Source of the DNA: Dehalococcoidia bacterium
GTDB taxonomy: Bacteria > Chloroflexota > Dehalococcoidia > CAUJGQ01
DNA: 64,000 bases
Assembly: GCA_042408665.1 (NCBI GenBank)
Contig: JBHOQW010000252.1
Coordinates: forward strand, 16,718 to 80,717
Direction: 5' to 3'
Shown here: positions 45,087 through 54,683 of the stretch, piece by piece
Layout of the letters: each line of letters opens with the position of its first letter
Position numbering within the stretch: the stretch's first letter is position 1
Position numbers and translations under genes: made by a program
Notes under the pieces: model-generated
Databases searched by the model: none
What the model saw: the letters and a program-made list of their open reading frames with translations, nothing else
Told to the model about the DNA's origin: nothing

Positions 45087-46322
45087 TCAGCGCGCGAGTG
45101 CGTCGGCGGTGCGCGGATCACCGAGCGCCAGGGCGGCCAGGATGAGCTGCTGGATGCCGCGGGCCAGCGGCGTGGCGTCGATCCACTCACCGCGCGTGTG
45201 CGCGCCGCCACCGCGCGTCACGCCCAGCGTGACCGCCGGAATACCACGGCTGAGCGGGATGTTGGCATCGCTGCTGGCCGGGGCGCACTGCGGGTGCACC
45301 CCCAGCCGCTGCAGCACCGCGGCGCAGGTCTCGACCACGTGGTGGCCCGCATCCAGACTGCCGGCCGGCCGGTAGCCCACCTCGCGCACACTGATGCGCA
45401 CGCCCTCGGCTTCATGGCGCCGGAGGATGGCGTGCACCCGCGCCGTCAGTTCGTCCAGGGCGCGCGCGTCGACGGAGCGCAGGTCCAGCAGGAGCCGTGC
45501 CTCCTCGGCGATGACGTTGACGCCGGTGCCGCCCTCGATGCGGCCGATGTTGAACGTGGTGCGTGGCTGGGCGGGCACCTGCAGGGCGGCGATCTCCGCC
45601 GCGGCGCGCACCAGCACGTGCACGGCGCTCGCACGGCCGAAGTCGTGCCAGGAGTGCCCCCCCGCTGCCTGACAGCGGATCTCCAGCCGGCGGCTGCCCA
45701 CGCCGCTGTAACTCAACCGCCCGAAGAAGCTGCCCTCCACGGCGATCATGGCCTCTACCTGGCCGCCCAGACGCTCGGTGGCGGCCAGGGAGCCGCGCAG
45801 GTTGCCCAGCCCCTCCTCGCCCACCGTGGCCACGAACCAGATCGGCCGCCGCAGCGCCACGTGCCCGGCGCGCAGGGCCGCCGCTGCGCCCAGCAGTCCG
45901 GCCAGGCCGGCGGCGTTGTCGCCGATGCCCGGGCCGTAGAGGCGCGCATCGCGGCGCGTGACCGTGTGCGGGATGTCGGCGGAAAAGACCGTGTCCAGGT
46001 GCGCGACGAGCGCGAGCGCACGCGCCCCGTCGCCGGGCAGGAGACCGTAGACGTTGCCGATGGCGTCGATCTCCACCCGATCCAGGCCCACAGCGTGGAA
46101 GCGCTCGGCTGTGTACGCCGCCCGTGTCGCCTCTTCGAACGTCGGCGCGGGGATCTCCGCGATGCGGACCGTCTCCGCGACGAGTTCTGCGGCGTGCTGT
46201 TCCGCCCAAGCCAGCGCGCGCGCCACGGTTCGCTCCGCCGCCAGCTCGGCGACGGTCTGGGCCAGAGCCGGCCGCGCGCCTCGTCGGATCTGCATGGCGA
46301 CCCCCGCGCTGTGCTCAGCCAT
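45087..46322 (-). CDS. M20-family metallopeptidase / deacylase (ArgE/DapE-like)
   Basis: LVAHLDTV, GIGDNAAG, EEGLGNLRG, and a dimerisation-domain pattern. Confidence 0.8.
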   Translation of the reverse strand: MAEHSAGVAMQIRRGARPALAQTVAELAAERTVARALAWAEQHAAELVAETVRIAEIPAPTFEEATRAAYTAERFHAVGLDRVEIDAIGNVYGLLPGDGARALALVAHLDTVFSADIPHTVTRRDARLYGPGIGDNAAGLAGLLGAAAALRAGHVALRRPIWFVATVGEEGLGNLRGSLAATERLGGQVEAMIAVEGSFFGRLSYSGVGSRRLEIRCQAAGGHSWHDFGRASAVHVLVRAAAEIAALQVPAQPRTTFNIGRIEGGTGVNVIAEEARLLLDLRSVDARALDELTARVHAILRRHEAEGVRISVREVGYRPAGSLDAGHHVVETCAAVLQRLGVHPQCAPASSDANIPLSRGIPAVTLGVTRGGGAHTRGEWIDATPLARGIQQLILAALALGDPRTADALAR

Positions 46323-46382
46323 GCTAGGCGGGCGACGTGGTATCGGTCAACCCGTGTTTGCCGGGACTCAGGACCACCGCGT

Positions 46383-47114
46383 ATGCTGGATGCCGTGTGC
46401 CACACCGCCCACCCCGATCCCGTCCGGCGCGCCATCGATCTGCTTGCGGCGGTCGAACGCGGCGACCTCGACCCCACCGCCGTGCCCCTCGCCCCGGTGG
46501 CATCCGACCTCCTGGCCGCCGCGCGGGCCGCTGTCGGGGAGACGACCGAGCTGGCCGAGGCCGCCACGGCCCTCGCCCGCCTGCTGGAGCGCAAATCGGC
46601 CGCATTGGTGCCCCGGCCGACCGTTGCCCCTCCGCCGCCCGGGCCGGATGAACCGCCGCTCGATCTGGCCGCGCTCGTTGAGGAGTACCGGCAGTTCAAG
46701 GCGGCGGCGGAAGCGCTGCGCGCGCGCGAGCGGGAAGGATTGCGCTCCTTCCCGCGGCTGGCCCCGCCGCCCGTGTCGCTGCCTTCCCCGGGGCTAGCCG
46801 ACGTCACGCTGGAGCGGCTGCTGACCGTGGTGCAGGAGGCGCTCCGGCGCCGCCCCCCCGAGCCGCCGGGTGTGCCGCGGTACACCCTGACGGTGCAGGA
46901 ACGGCTGGCCGCCCTGGAGGCCGAGCTGCGCGTGTGCGGGCGTCTCAACTTTCACCGCTTCATCGCGGCCTGCCGCTCGCGCATGGAGGTCATCGTCGGC
47001 TTTCTGGCCGTGCTGGAGCTGATCAAACGCGGTCGCGCCGTCGCCGAGCAGCCGGAACCGTTCGGCGATATCGTGATCGTGGCCGCAGCGCGCGTGCCCG
47101 TGGCGGCCGATTGA
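46383..47114 (+). CDS. scpA: segregation and condensation protein A
   Basis: C-terminal VIVGFLAVLELIKRGRAVAEQPEPFGDIVI is typical of ScpA. ATG at 46383; the upstream track ORF is antisense to the M20 gene. Confidence 0.75.
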   Translation: MLDAVCHTAHPDPVRRAIDLLAAVERGDLDPTAVPLAPVASDLLAAARAAVGETTELAEAATALARLLERKSAALVPRPTVAPPPPGPDEPPLDLAALVEEYRQFKAAAEALRAREREGLRSFPRLAPPPVSLPSPGLADVTLERLLTVVQEALRRRPPEPPGVPRYTLTVQERLAALEAELRVCGRLNFHRFIAACRSRMEVIVGFLAVLELIKRGRAVAEQPEPFGDIVIVAAARVPVAAD

Positions 47115-47181
47115 ACGGTGCGCGCCGCCGTGCGACCATGCACATGCAACGCCCGTTGACACGAACTGCGACACCCGTGGC

Positions 47182-48135
47182 ATGCTGACGGACCTGGCAC
47201 GGCTCGAATTGCGACAGGTGGCACCCGGCCGCCCCAGCGCGGTGACGCTGGGCGTGTTCGATGGTGTGCACCTGGGCCATCAGCATCTCATCAATGAACT
47301 GCACCGCCTGGCGCGCGCGCGCGGCCTGGCCAGCGTGGTGCTCACGTTCCACCCCGCGCCGGTGAGCGTGCTGCGGCCGGAGGTCCGCCTGCAGTACATC
47401 ACCACACTGGAGGAGCGGCTGCGTCTGTTGCGCGCCCTCGGGGTGGATCAGGTCGGCCGGTTGACCTTTACCTCCGAGCTGGCCCAGGTGTCGGCGCAGG
47501 ACTTCCTCAAGGGCCTGCGCGACGAGCTGGACGTGCGCCTGATCGTCGGCGGGCCTGACCTGGCCATCGGCCGCGGTCGGGAGGGCACCGTGGAGTGGCT
47601 GCGGCGGCACGGGCCGGCGCTGGGCGTTGATGTCGCCACGGTTGAGTTCCTCAGCGATGCCGGCCGCAAGATGGGCTCTTCCACCATCCGGGAGGCGTTG
47701 CAGGTCGGCGACGTGGTCACGGCCGGTCGGCTCCTCGGTCGGCCGTTTGCCCTCCACGGACCGGTGGTGCGCGGCGCGCAGCGCGGCCGGTCGCTCGGCT
47801 TTCCCACCGCCAACATCGCCGTGGGCGCCGACCTGGCGATCCCCGCCTTCGGCGTGTACGTCTCGCGTGTGTACGTGGGCGAGACCGCTTACCCGGCGGT
47901 CACCAACATCGGTCGCCGTCCCACCTTTGACGACGGCCCGCCCACGGTGGAGCCCCACCTGCTCGACTTCGATGGTGATCTCTACGACCAGGAGCTGCGC
48001 GTGGAGCTGCTGGCGCGTCTGCGCGGGGAGCAGAAGTTCTCCGGCGTGGAGGAGCTGGTGGCGCAAATCCGGCGCGACGTGGCGGCGGCACGCGCCTATT
48101 TCGCCTCCCAGCCCGAGCGGCCACAGCGCGCTTGA
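47182..48135 (+). CDS. ribF: bifunctional riboflavin kinase / FAD synthetase
   Basis: GVFDGVHLGHQ, SSTIREAL, GFPTANI, PTVEPHLLDFDGDLY. Confidence 0.9.
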   Translation: MLTDLARLELRQVAPGRPSAVTLGVFDGVHLGHQHLINELHRLARARGLASVVLTFHPAPVSVLRPEVRLQYITTLEERLRLLRALGVDQVGRLTFTSELAQVSAQDFLKGLRDELDVRLIVGGPDLAIGRGREGTVEWLRRHGPALGVDVATVEFLSDAGRKMGSSTIREALQVGDVVTAGRLLGRPFALHGPVVRGAQRGRSLGFPTANIAVGADLAIPAFGVYVSRVYVGETAYPAVTNIGRRPTFDDGPPTVEPHLLDFDGDLYDQELRVELLARLRGEQKFSGVEELVAQIRRDVAAARAYFASQPERPQRA

Positions 48136-48227
48136 CAGGCCGAGGAGGTGCGTGCTCCAATCGGGCCTGACGCGGGCCGTTCGGCGGCGCAGGCCGAAGG
48201 CCCGTTCCTTATGGTGGACGACCTGCG

Positions 48228-48668
48228 ATGGAACAGGACTTCTCGCCCGATCTCGATGACGTCCGTCAGAATTTCGAGGCCGCGGACGTCATCGCGCTGT
48301 ATTTCCCCCTGCTGCGGCGCACGCTTCTGGTCGATACCCGGTCCTCGGTGCTCGACCCACCCCTGGCCAAGGTCGTGCCGATGGCGCGCTCGGTGGAGGA
48401 ACGCGTGGAGGCGGTGCGCCGGTTACGTCCCCGCTTCGGTCGTCCGGACGCCCTCGCCCTGCTCGCCTGGCCGCGGCACGTGTCCGGGGTGAAGGCGGCC
48501 GGGGTTTGGCAACTGCTCACGGACCGGCTGATGGCCGCCGGGGTGGACAGCGCGGAGCTGGTGCTGGAGCGCTGCTACCGCGAGCTGTTGAACGCCGAGC
48601 GTGCGGAGTTCCGGCGCGCGATCCGCGGCGAGGGTTACCGCACCCTTTGGCAGCGCGCTCGTGCCTGA
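48228..48668 (+). CDS. hypothetical protein
   Basis: 146-aa ORF with no recognisable domain, followed by a strong hairpin. Confidence 0.45.
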   Translation: MEQDFSPDLDDVRQNFEAADVIALYFPLLRRTLLVDTRSSVLDPPLAKVVPMARSVEERVEAVRRLRPRFGRPDALALLAWPRHVSGVKAAGVWQLLTDRLMAAGVDSAELVLERCYRELLNAERAEFRRAIRGEGYRTLWQRARA

Positions 48669-48714
48669 GCCGGCTGGGCAGCACCGCGGACGCGGACACG
48701 GCCAAAAGTGAAAC

Positions 48715-48743
48715 GGCCGGTGATCGCTGGTCGATCACCGGCC
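48715..48743. terminator. 12-bp perfect hairpin between convergent genes
   Basis: GGCCGGTGATCG-CTGGT-CGATCACCGGCC, between the stops at 48668 (+) and 48768 (-). Confidence 0.55.
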
Positions 48744-48767
48744 GCCCGTGGCCAGGAGAACAATGGC

Positions 48768-50852
48768 TCAACCGTGTGCGCCGGCCGCCTCGCGCTCGCG
48801 GCTGGCCTCCTCGATCACCTTCTGGGCGATGTGCTGGGGCACCTCCTGGTAGCGCTCGAACTCCATCTCGAAGGTGCCACGCCCCTGGGTCAGGGCGCGC
48901 AGGTCGGTAGCGTAGTTGAGCAGCTCCGCCAGCGGCGCCTCGGCCTCGATCACGGTGTAGCCGTCGTCCGGCGTCATGCCGTGGACGTGGCCGCGCTTGC
49001 TGTTCAGGTCCGATAGCACGTCTCCGGTGTTGGCCTCCGGCACGCGGACGCGTAGGCGCATGATCGGCTCGAGCAGCACCGGCTGCCCCTGCGCCACACC
49101 CTTCTTCAGCGCCTGCTGGGCAGCGATTTCAAAGGCGATCGCCTTGGAGTCCACCGGGTGGGAGGAGCCGTCGTAGAGCACCACGCGGATGTCGGTGATC
49201 GGGTAGTGGGCCAGCACGCCTTCTTTGAGCGCCTCGCGTACCCCCTTTTCCACCGCGGGGAAGAACTCCTTGGGCACGGCGCCGCCTACCACCCGCTCGC
49301 CGAACTCGAAGCCGGAGCCGCGCGGCAGCGGCGTGAGCTCCAGGAACACGTGCCCGTACTGTCCGGCGCCGCCCGTCTGCTTCTTGTGCTTGTACTCGGC
49401 GTTGGTTTGAACGGTGATAGTCTCGCGGTACGGCACCTTTGGCCGGCGCAGCTCCACGCCCACGTTGAACTTGCGCTGCATGCGCTCCGCCGCCACGAGC
49501 AGGTGCGCCTCGCCCAGCCCGGCCAGGATCATCTCGCCGGTGTCCGGGTCCCGCTCCAGCCGCAGCGTTGGGTCCTCTTCCACGATGCGCTGCAGGGCTG
49601 GGCCGAGCTTGTCCTGGTCGGCCTTGGTCTTGGGGAACACGGCCAGGCGGAACGTCGGCTTGGGGAAGAGGATCCCCGGCAGGATCACCGGCCGCTCCGG
49701 GCTGCACAGGGTGTCGCCGGTGCTGGTCTCCGCCAACTTGGCCACCGCGCCGATGTCGCCGGCCACCACCTGTCGCGTATTCTCCTGCTGCTTGCCGCGC
49801 AGGTAGAAGAGCTGGCCGATGCGCTCGTCCTTCTTCTTGTTGGCGTTGAGGACGTGCGAGTCGCTCTTCATGACGCCGGAGTAGACCCGGAAATAGGTGA
49901 GCTTGCCCACGTATGGGTCGGCCGACGTCTTGAACACCAGCGCGGCCAGCGGCTCGGACGGGTCGGGGTTGAGTTCGATGGTTTCCCCGTTGCCTACCGG
50001 CGTCGCCCGCTCGCGCGGCGCATCCAGCGGCGAGGGCAGATAGGCGCAGATCGCATCGAGGAGCGCGGTGACGCCGATGTTCTTGACGGCCGAGCAGGCG
50101 ACGATCGGCACAATGGCGCCCCGGCAGACACCGGCCCGGAGGCCTTGCCGCAGCTCCTCCTCGGTGATCTCCTCCCCCTCCAGATACTTGAGGGTGAGGT
50201 CGTCGTCCGTCTCCGCCACCGCCTCCACCAGTTGCTCACGATAGGCGGCGGCTTGTTCGCGCAGATCGGCCGGGATCTCCTCCTCCTGACCCTGCTCACC
50301 GACGAGCGCCTTCATGCGCACCAGATCGATCACGCCGCGGAAGGCATCCTGGGCGCCGATGGGTACCAGCAGGGGGGCGCACTGCTTGCCGAACTGGGCC
50401 CGTACGGCAGCCACGACCTGGTCGAAGTTGGCGTTTTCACGGTCCATGCGGTTGACGGCGATCACGCGCGGCAGACGCCGCTCGTTGAGGTACGCCCATG
50501 CCTGCTCGGTGCCGACCTGGACGCCGGCGGTGGCGTCGGTGAGGAGCAGCGCGCCGTCGGCGGCGCGGATACCGGCCTTCTGCTCACCCACGAAATCGGC
50601 GTAGCCGGGGGTGTCCAGCAGGTTGACCTTAACGCCCTTCCACTCGACGGGGATGATCGACAGGTTGACAGAGCTTTTGCGCTTGATCTCGTCGGGGTCG
50701 TAGTCCGACGTCGTGTTGCCTTCCTCAACGCGGCCCAGCCGGGTGATCGCGCCGCTGTCGAACAGCATGGCCTCGCTGAGCGATGTCTTCCCGTTGCCGC
50801 CGTGCGACACTAGCACAACGTTTCGGATATCGGCTGTGGAATACTCCTTCAT
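48768..50852 (-). CDS. elongation factor G paralogue (EF-G2-like)
   Basis: Full five-domain EF-G layout. G1 reads SHGGNGKTS. Switch II reads DTPGYADF (Tyr in place of the catalytic His). G4 reads NRMD. Confidence 0.85.
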   Translation of the reverse strand: MKEYSTADIRNVVLVSHGGNGKTSLSEAMLFDSGAITRLGRVEEGNTTSDYDPDEIKRKSSVNLSIIPVEWKGVKVNLLDTPGYADFVGEQKAGIRAADGALLLTDATAGVQVGTEQAWAYLNERRLPRVIAVNRMDRENANFDQVVAAVRAQFGKQCAPLLVPIGAQDAFRGVIDLVRMKALVGEQGQEEEIPADLREQAAAYREQLVEAVAETDDDLTLKYLEGEEITEEELRQGLRAGVCRGAIVPIVACSAVKNIGVTALLDAICAYLPSPLDAPRERATPVGNGETIELNPDPSEPLAALVFKTSADPYVGKLTYFRVYSGVMKSDSHVLNANKKKDERIGQLFYLRGKQQENTRQVVAGDIGAVAKLAETSTGDTLCSPERPVILPGILFPKPTFRLAVFPKTKADQDKLGPALQRIVEEDPTLRLERDPDTGEMILAGLGEAHLLVAAERMQRKFNVGVELRRPKVPYRETITVQTNAEYKHKKQTGGAGQYGHVFLELTPLPRGSGFEFGERVVGGAVPKEFFPAVEKGVREALKEGVLAHYPITDIRVVLYDGSSHPVDSKAIAFEIAAQQALKKGVAQGQPVLLEPIMRLRVRVPEANTGDVLSDLNSKRGHVHGMTPDDGYTVIEAEAPLAELLNYATDLRALTQGRGTFEMEFERYQEVPQHIAQKVIEEASREREAAGAHG

Positions 50853-50963
50853 GCGAACGAGCCTCTCCCGATCGAGTGTGCTCGATTGTAGACCCGGCCG
50901 GCGGGCGGCACAAGGAACGTCCGGCCGGAGCGATGCGCCGGGCGAGCGGCCGCGCCGGGACGC

Positions 50964-51215
50964 TCAAACCGGCTCGACCTCGAAGCGATACTCCTCGATC
51001 ACCGGATTGGCCAGGAGGCGGCGGCACATGTCCGTCACCCGTTGGGTGGCCTGCTCGGCGCTAGCGGCATCTAGGCGCAGCTCGAGGTACTTGCCGGCGC
51101 GCACCGCGCTTACCTCGCCGTAGCCGAGCGCGTGCAGCCCGCCGAGGATGGTGAGCCCTTGGGGGTCGTTCACCGTCGGTTTGAGCGTGACGAACACCCG
51201 CGCCAGATACGTCAT
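50964..51215 (-). CDS. purS: phosphoribosylformylglycinamidine synthase subunit PurS
   Basis: VTLKPTVNDPQG...NPVIEEY. Confidence 0.9.
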   Translation of the reverse strand: MTYLARVFVTLKPTVNDPQGLTILGGLHALGYGEVSAVRAGKYLELRLDAASAEQATQRVTDMCRRLLANPVIEEYRFEVEPV

Positions 51216-52132
51216 CCGTTCACCTTCTCGGAGCCGGCGGCACGCACGAGCTCCCGTCCGGTGAGCAGCGTGAACACCCGGCGGTACCGCGCGGCAGTAT
51301 CGGCCACCACCGCCGCCGGAAGGGGCGGCGCCGGCGGTTGTTTGTCCCAGCCGGTGGCCTCCAGCCAGTCGCGCACCGGTTGCTTGTCATAACTGGGCTG
51401 GCTGTGGCCCGGCTCGTACCCGTCGAGCGGCCAGAAGCGGCTGCTGTCCGGCGTGAGCACCTCGTCGATGAGGATCAGCTCCCCGTCGTGCCAGCCGAAC
51501 TCGAACTTGGTGTCGGCGATGATGATGCCGCGCGCCAGGGCGTACTGCCACGCGAAGCGGTACACGGCCAGGCTGCGCAGCTTGAGCACGTTGGCGGCAT
51601 CCGGACCCACCATGCGCACCAGCTCGGCGTAGGTGATGGGCTGGTCGTGACCGCTCTCGGCCTTGGTGGTGGGCGTAAAGATCGGCTCCGGCAGTTGCTC
51701 CGCCTCGCGCAGGCCTTCCGGCAGAGGGATACCGCATACCCGCCCTGTGCGCCGGTACTCCGCCCAGGCGGAGCCCGCCAGGTAGCCGCGCACCACGCAC
51801 TCCACGTCCACACGCCGGGCCTTGCGCACGATCATGGCCCGCCCGAGGAGTTCCGGCGGCAGGGCAAATGGCAGGCCGTCGGCCGCCGAACCGTCCGCCA
51901 GCCGGATGAAGTGCGTGGGCACCACCGGCTCGATCTTCTCGAACCAGAACGCCGACAGCTGGGTCAGCACCGCGCCCTTGTCGGGGATGCCGTTGGGCAG
52001 GACCACATCGAAGGCGGAGATGCGGTCCGTGGCCACGATCAGCAGCCGATCACCGAGGTCGTAGGTGTCGCGCACCTTGCCCCGGTGCCAGGGGTTGGGC
52101 AGCGGTGATTGCAGCAGAACGGCGTCCCTCAT
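51212..52132 (-). CDS. purC: phosphoribosylaminoimidazole-succinocarboxamide synthase
   Basis: GKVRDTY, ATDRISAFD, ADTKFEFG, DEVLTPDSSRFW. Confidence 0.9.
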   Translation of the reverse strand: MRDAVLLQSPLPNPWHRGKVRDTYDLGDRLLIVATDRISAFDVVLPNGIPDKGAVLTQLSAFWFEKIEPVVPTHFIRLADGSAADGLPFALPPELLGRAMIVRKARRVDVECVVRGYLAGSAWAEYRRTGRVCGIPLPEGLREAEQLPEPIFTPTTKAESGHDQPITYAELVRMVGPDAANVLKLRSLAVYRFAWQYALARGIIIADTKFEFGWHDGELILIDEVLTPDSSRFWPLDGYEPGHSQPSYDKQPVRDWLEATGWDKQPPAPPLPAAVVADTAARYRRVFTLLTGRELVRAAGSEKVNG

Positions 52133-52881
52133 ACCTGGTCGGGATGCGCGCCGGGCGCCGGCCGCAGCGGCTCACCCTTGCGGCGCTTAATTTCAAGGTA
52201 AAGCATCGTGTGGCCCACGGCCAGAAACGGCGCCGCCAGAAGCGCCGCCAACCCCGTGCTGAGAGCCGCGCTGAGGGCGGTGTCCGTGGCCGCCCCCACC
52301 TGTGGCAGCACGAGCCCGGGCAGGAAGGACAGCACCAGCACGGACAGGCCCACGCTGCACACCCGCCACCACTGGCCACCGACCAGCCGCCGGCTGCGGC
52401 CGAGCGCGGCCAACGCCCCGCACCCTTCATCCACAAGCAGCTGCGCGGTGAGCATCCAGCTAACGCCGAGGTACAGCGCCAGCGGCGTGAGGATGAGGGT
52501 GGCGGCGAGCAAGGCCAGCGTCAGACTGATCGCCAGCACGGCCACGAGGCCGGGCACCAGACGCCGCAACCCGGTAGCCCAGGCGGTCACCACATGGACG
52601 GGTTCCGTCCGCAGCAGATCCAGCGCCAGGCGGACCAGCGCCAGATGGGTGAAGACCTGTCCGACCAGTGCCAGCACCAGGTAGGGCAGCGCGGCGGCCA
52701 GAAGGGCGGAGGCCTGGTCGGCCGTGCCCTGATCCGGCGGTGCGCCCGCCCCTTGTCCCCGCAGCAGGCCGAGCTCCGTCAGACCGGCCAGCAGCGCACC
52801 GGGAAAGGCCGCAAGCAGCAGCGGTCGCCCGTGCCGCACGCAGGCGCTCCACGTGGCGGCTACCATATCCGCCACGCCCAT
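52129..52881 (-). CDS. hypothetical polytopic membrane protein (glycerophosphodiester-phosphodiesterase membrane-domain-like)
   Basis: Six or so hydrophobic helices. C-terminal MLYLEIKRRKGE. Stop overlaps the purC ATG (ATGA). ATG at 52881 preferred. Confidence 0.5.
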   Translation of the reverse strand: MGVADMVAATWSACVRHGRPLLLAAFPGALLAGLTELGLLRGQGAGAPPDQGTADQASALLAAALPYLVLALVGQVFTHLALVRLALDLLRTEPVHVVTAWATGLRRLVPGLVAVLAISLTLALLAATLILTPLALYLGVSWMLTAQLLVDEGCGALAALGRSRRLVGGQWWRVCSVGLSVLVLSFLPGLVLPQVGAATDTALSAALSTGLAALLAAPFLAVGHTMLYLEIKRRKGEPLRPAPGAHPDQV

Positions 52882-52940
52882 CTCCACCGGAACGCTTCTG
52901 GACACGACCACACCTGCGAGGGAACGCGCGCCGGGCGCCG

Positions 52941-53261
52941 CTAGCGGTACTCCTCGCGCGGCGGTGAGAAGACATCGATGGCGATGGAGTCCTCCAAAGC
53001 CGTGACGAGATGCGGCACGTTGGCGGGCACCAGCCAGGAGTCGCCCTCGGCCAGCTCTCGCTCCTCGGTGCCAATCTGGAAGCGCAGGCGCCCGCGCGCC
53101 AGGTACCCGATCTGTTCGTGCGGGTGGGTGTGCCACGGCACCACCGCGCCCCGCGCCAGCGTCACCTCGCACAGCATGGTGCGCTCACCGGCGTTCAGGG
53201 TGCGCCGCACCACACCTGGGAGCATCTCCACCGGCTGGACACTGTCTCGTGCGGTGAGCAT
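52941..53261 (-). CDS. cupin-domain protein
   Basis: GAVVPWHTHPHEQIGY and PANVPH cupin motifs. Confidence 0.75.
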   Translation of the reverse strand: MLTARDSVQPVEMLPGVVRRTLNAGERTMLCEVTLARGAVVPWHTHPHEQIGYLARGRLRFQIGTEERELAEGDSWLVPANVPHLVTALEDSIAIDVFSPPREEYR

Positions 53262-53294
53262 CGACCTCCCCTCCGTTCAGACCGCGCCGGCACC

Positions 53295-54590
53295 CTATCG
53301 TGCGGGCGTCGCCAGCTCGCGCAGGGCGATATCCGTACGTGCATGACAGCCCGCGAAGCGAATGCGGCGCACGTTATCGTAGGCGCGCGCCCGCGCCTCC
53401 GCCAGCGTCGTGCCGGTGGCGACCACCGTCAAGACGCGGCCACCCGCCGTCACCACCGTGCCGTCCTCCAGCCGCCTGGTGCCCGCGTGGAAGACCTGAA
53501 CGTCGGGGTCGACCGTCTCCAAGCCGTGGATCGGGACGCCGGTCTCGTAGTGGCCCGGATAGCCGCCCGAGGCCAGCACCACGCCCACCGCCGCGCGCTC
53601 GGACCAGGCGACCAACCCGTCGGAGAGCGTGCCGCGCACGCACGCCTCGCAGATGGCGAGCAGGTCCGAGGCGAGGCGCGGCATCAGCACCTGCGTTTCA
53701 GGGTCGCCGAAGCGGCAGTTGAACTCCACCACGCGCGGGCCGGCGGCGGTGATCATTAAGCCGGGGTAGAGCGTGCCGCGATAGGGCCGCCCCATCTCGG
53801 CTATGGCGCGCACCGCCGGCTCAATAATGGTGCGCCGGATCTCCGCCTCCAGCTCCCCGGTGACGAAGCCGGGGGGCGAGTAGGCGCCCATGCCGCCGGT
53901 GTTCGGCCCCTGGTCGCCGTCGTACACGCGCTTGTAATCGCAGGAGTAGGCCATCGGCACCACGGTCTTGCCATCGGAGAAGGCGTGCGCGCTCACCTCG
54001 CGTCCCGTCAGGCGCTGCTCCAGAAGCACCCGCCGGCCGGCGGCGCCGAATACACCCTCGACCAGGGCCGCCCGCACCGCCGCGCGCGCCTCCGCGAACG
54101 TGGCGGCGACGGTGACGCCTTTGCCCGCGGCCAGGCCGTCGGCCTTGATCACGGGCGGTACGGCGCCCGCGGCCTCCAGCTCGTCCAAGTAGGCCAGCGC
54201 CGCCTGCGCGTCGGCAAACACCCGCGCGGGCGCCGTGGGGATGCCGGCACGGGCCATGACTTCCTTGGCAAACGCCTTGCTCGCCTCGATCTCGGCGGCC
54301 GCGCGCGTCGGGCCGTAGGCGGCGATCCCCTGCTCGGTGAGGAAGTCGACGATGCCGCGCGCCAGCGGCTCCTCCGGACCAACGATGACCAGGTCTACGC
54401 GGTGGCGCCGGGCGGCATCGGCAATAGCCGGAAAGTCGGTGGCGGCGATGGGCAGATTCGTGCCGACGGACGCCGTGCCGGCATTGCCGGGCGCGATGAA
54501 CAGGTCGGTCAGCCGCGGGCTCTGGCGCAGCTTCCATGCCAGCGCGTGCTCGCGCGCGCCGCTGCCGATGACGAGCACGTTCATGCCCAC
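53295..54590 (-). CDS. purD: phosphoribosylamine--glycine ligase
   Basis: MNVLVIGSGAREHALAWKL, ATP-grasp core, GPNTGGMGAYSP. Confidence 0.95.
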   Translation of the reverse strand: MGMNVLVIGSGAREHALAWKLRQSPRLTDLFIAPGNAGTASVGTNLPIAATDFPAIADAARRHRVDLVIVGPEEPLARGIVDFLTEQGIAAYGPTRAAAEIEASKAFAKEVMARAGIPTAPARVFADAQAALAYLDELEAAGAVPPVIKADGLAAGKGVTVAATFAEARAAVRAALVEGVFGAAGRRVLLEQRLTGREVSAHAFSDGKTVVPMAYSCDYKRVYDGDQGPNTGGMGAYSPPGFVTGELEAEIRRTIIEPAVRAIAEMGRPYRGTLYPGLMITAAGPRVVEFNCRFGDPETQVLMPRLASDLLAICEACVRGTLSDGLVAWSERAAVGVVLASGGYPGHYETGVPIHGLETVDPDVQVFHAGTRRLEDGTVVTAGGRVLTVVATGTTLAEARARAYDNVRRIRFAGCHARTDIALRELATPAR

Positions 54591-54683
54591 CTCTCGCGTC
54601 TCGGTTTGTGCCTCTCGCCTGTCGCGGATGAAGGCGTGCGCCGCACGGCCTACCTGCGCGATACGCCGCAGCGGGCGACGCCG

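Noticed and set aside
45033-46382. Upstream 450 codons of the 693-aa + strand ORF
   Set aside because: Antisense to the M20 peptidase. Only the part from ATG 46383 onward carries ScpA-like sequence.
47155-47182. TTGACA upstream of ribF as a promoter giving a leaderless ribF mRNA
   Set aside because: No acceptable -10 hexamer lies at 16-19 nt spacing. The candidate CATGCT would contain the start codon itself.
49158-50813. 551-aa ORF on the + strand
   Set aside because: Antisense shadow of the EF-G paralogue, with no motifs and low-complexity composition.
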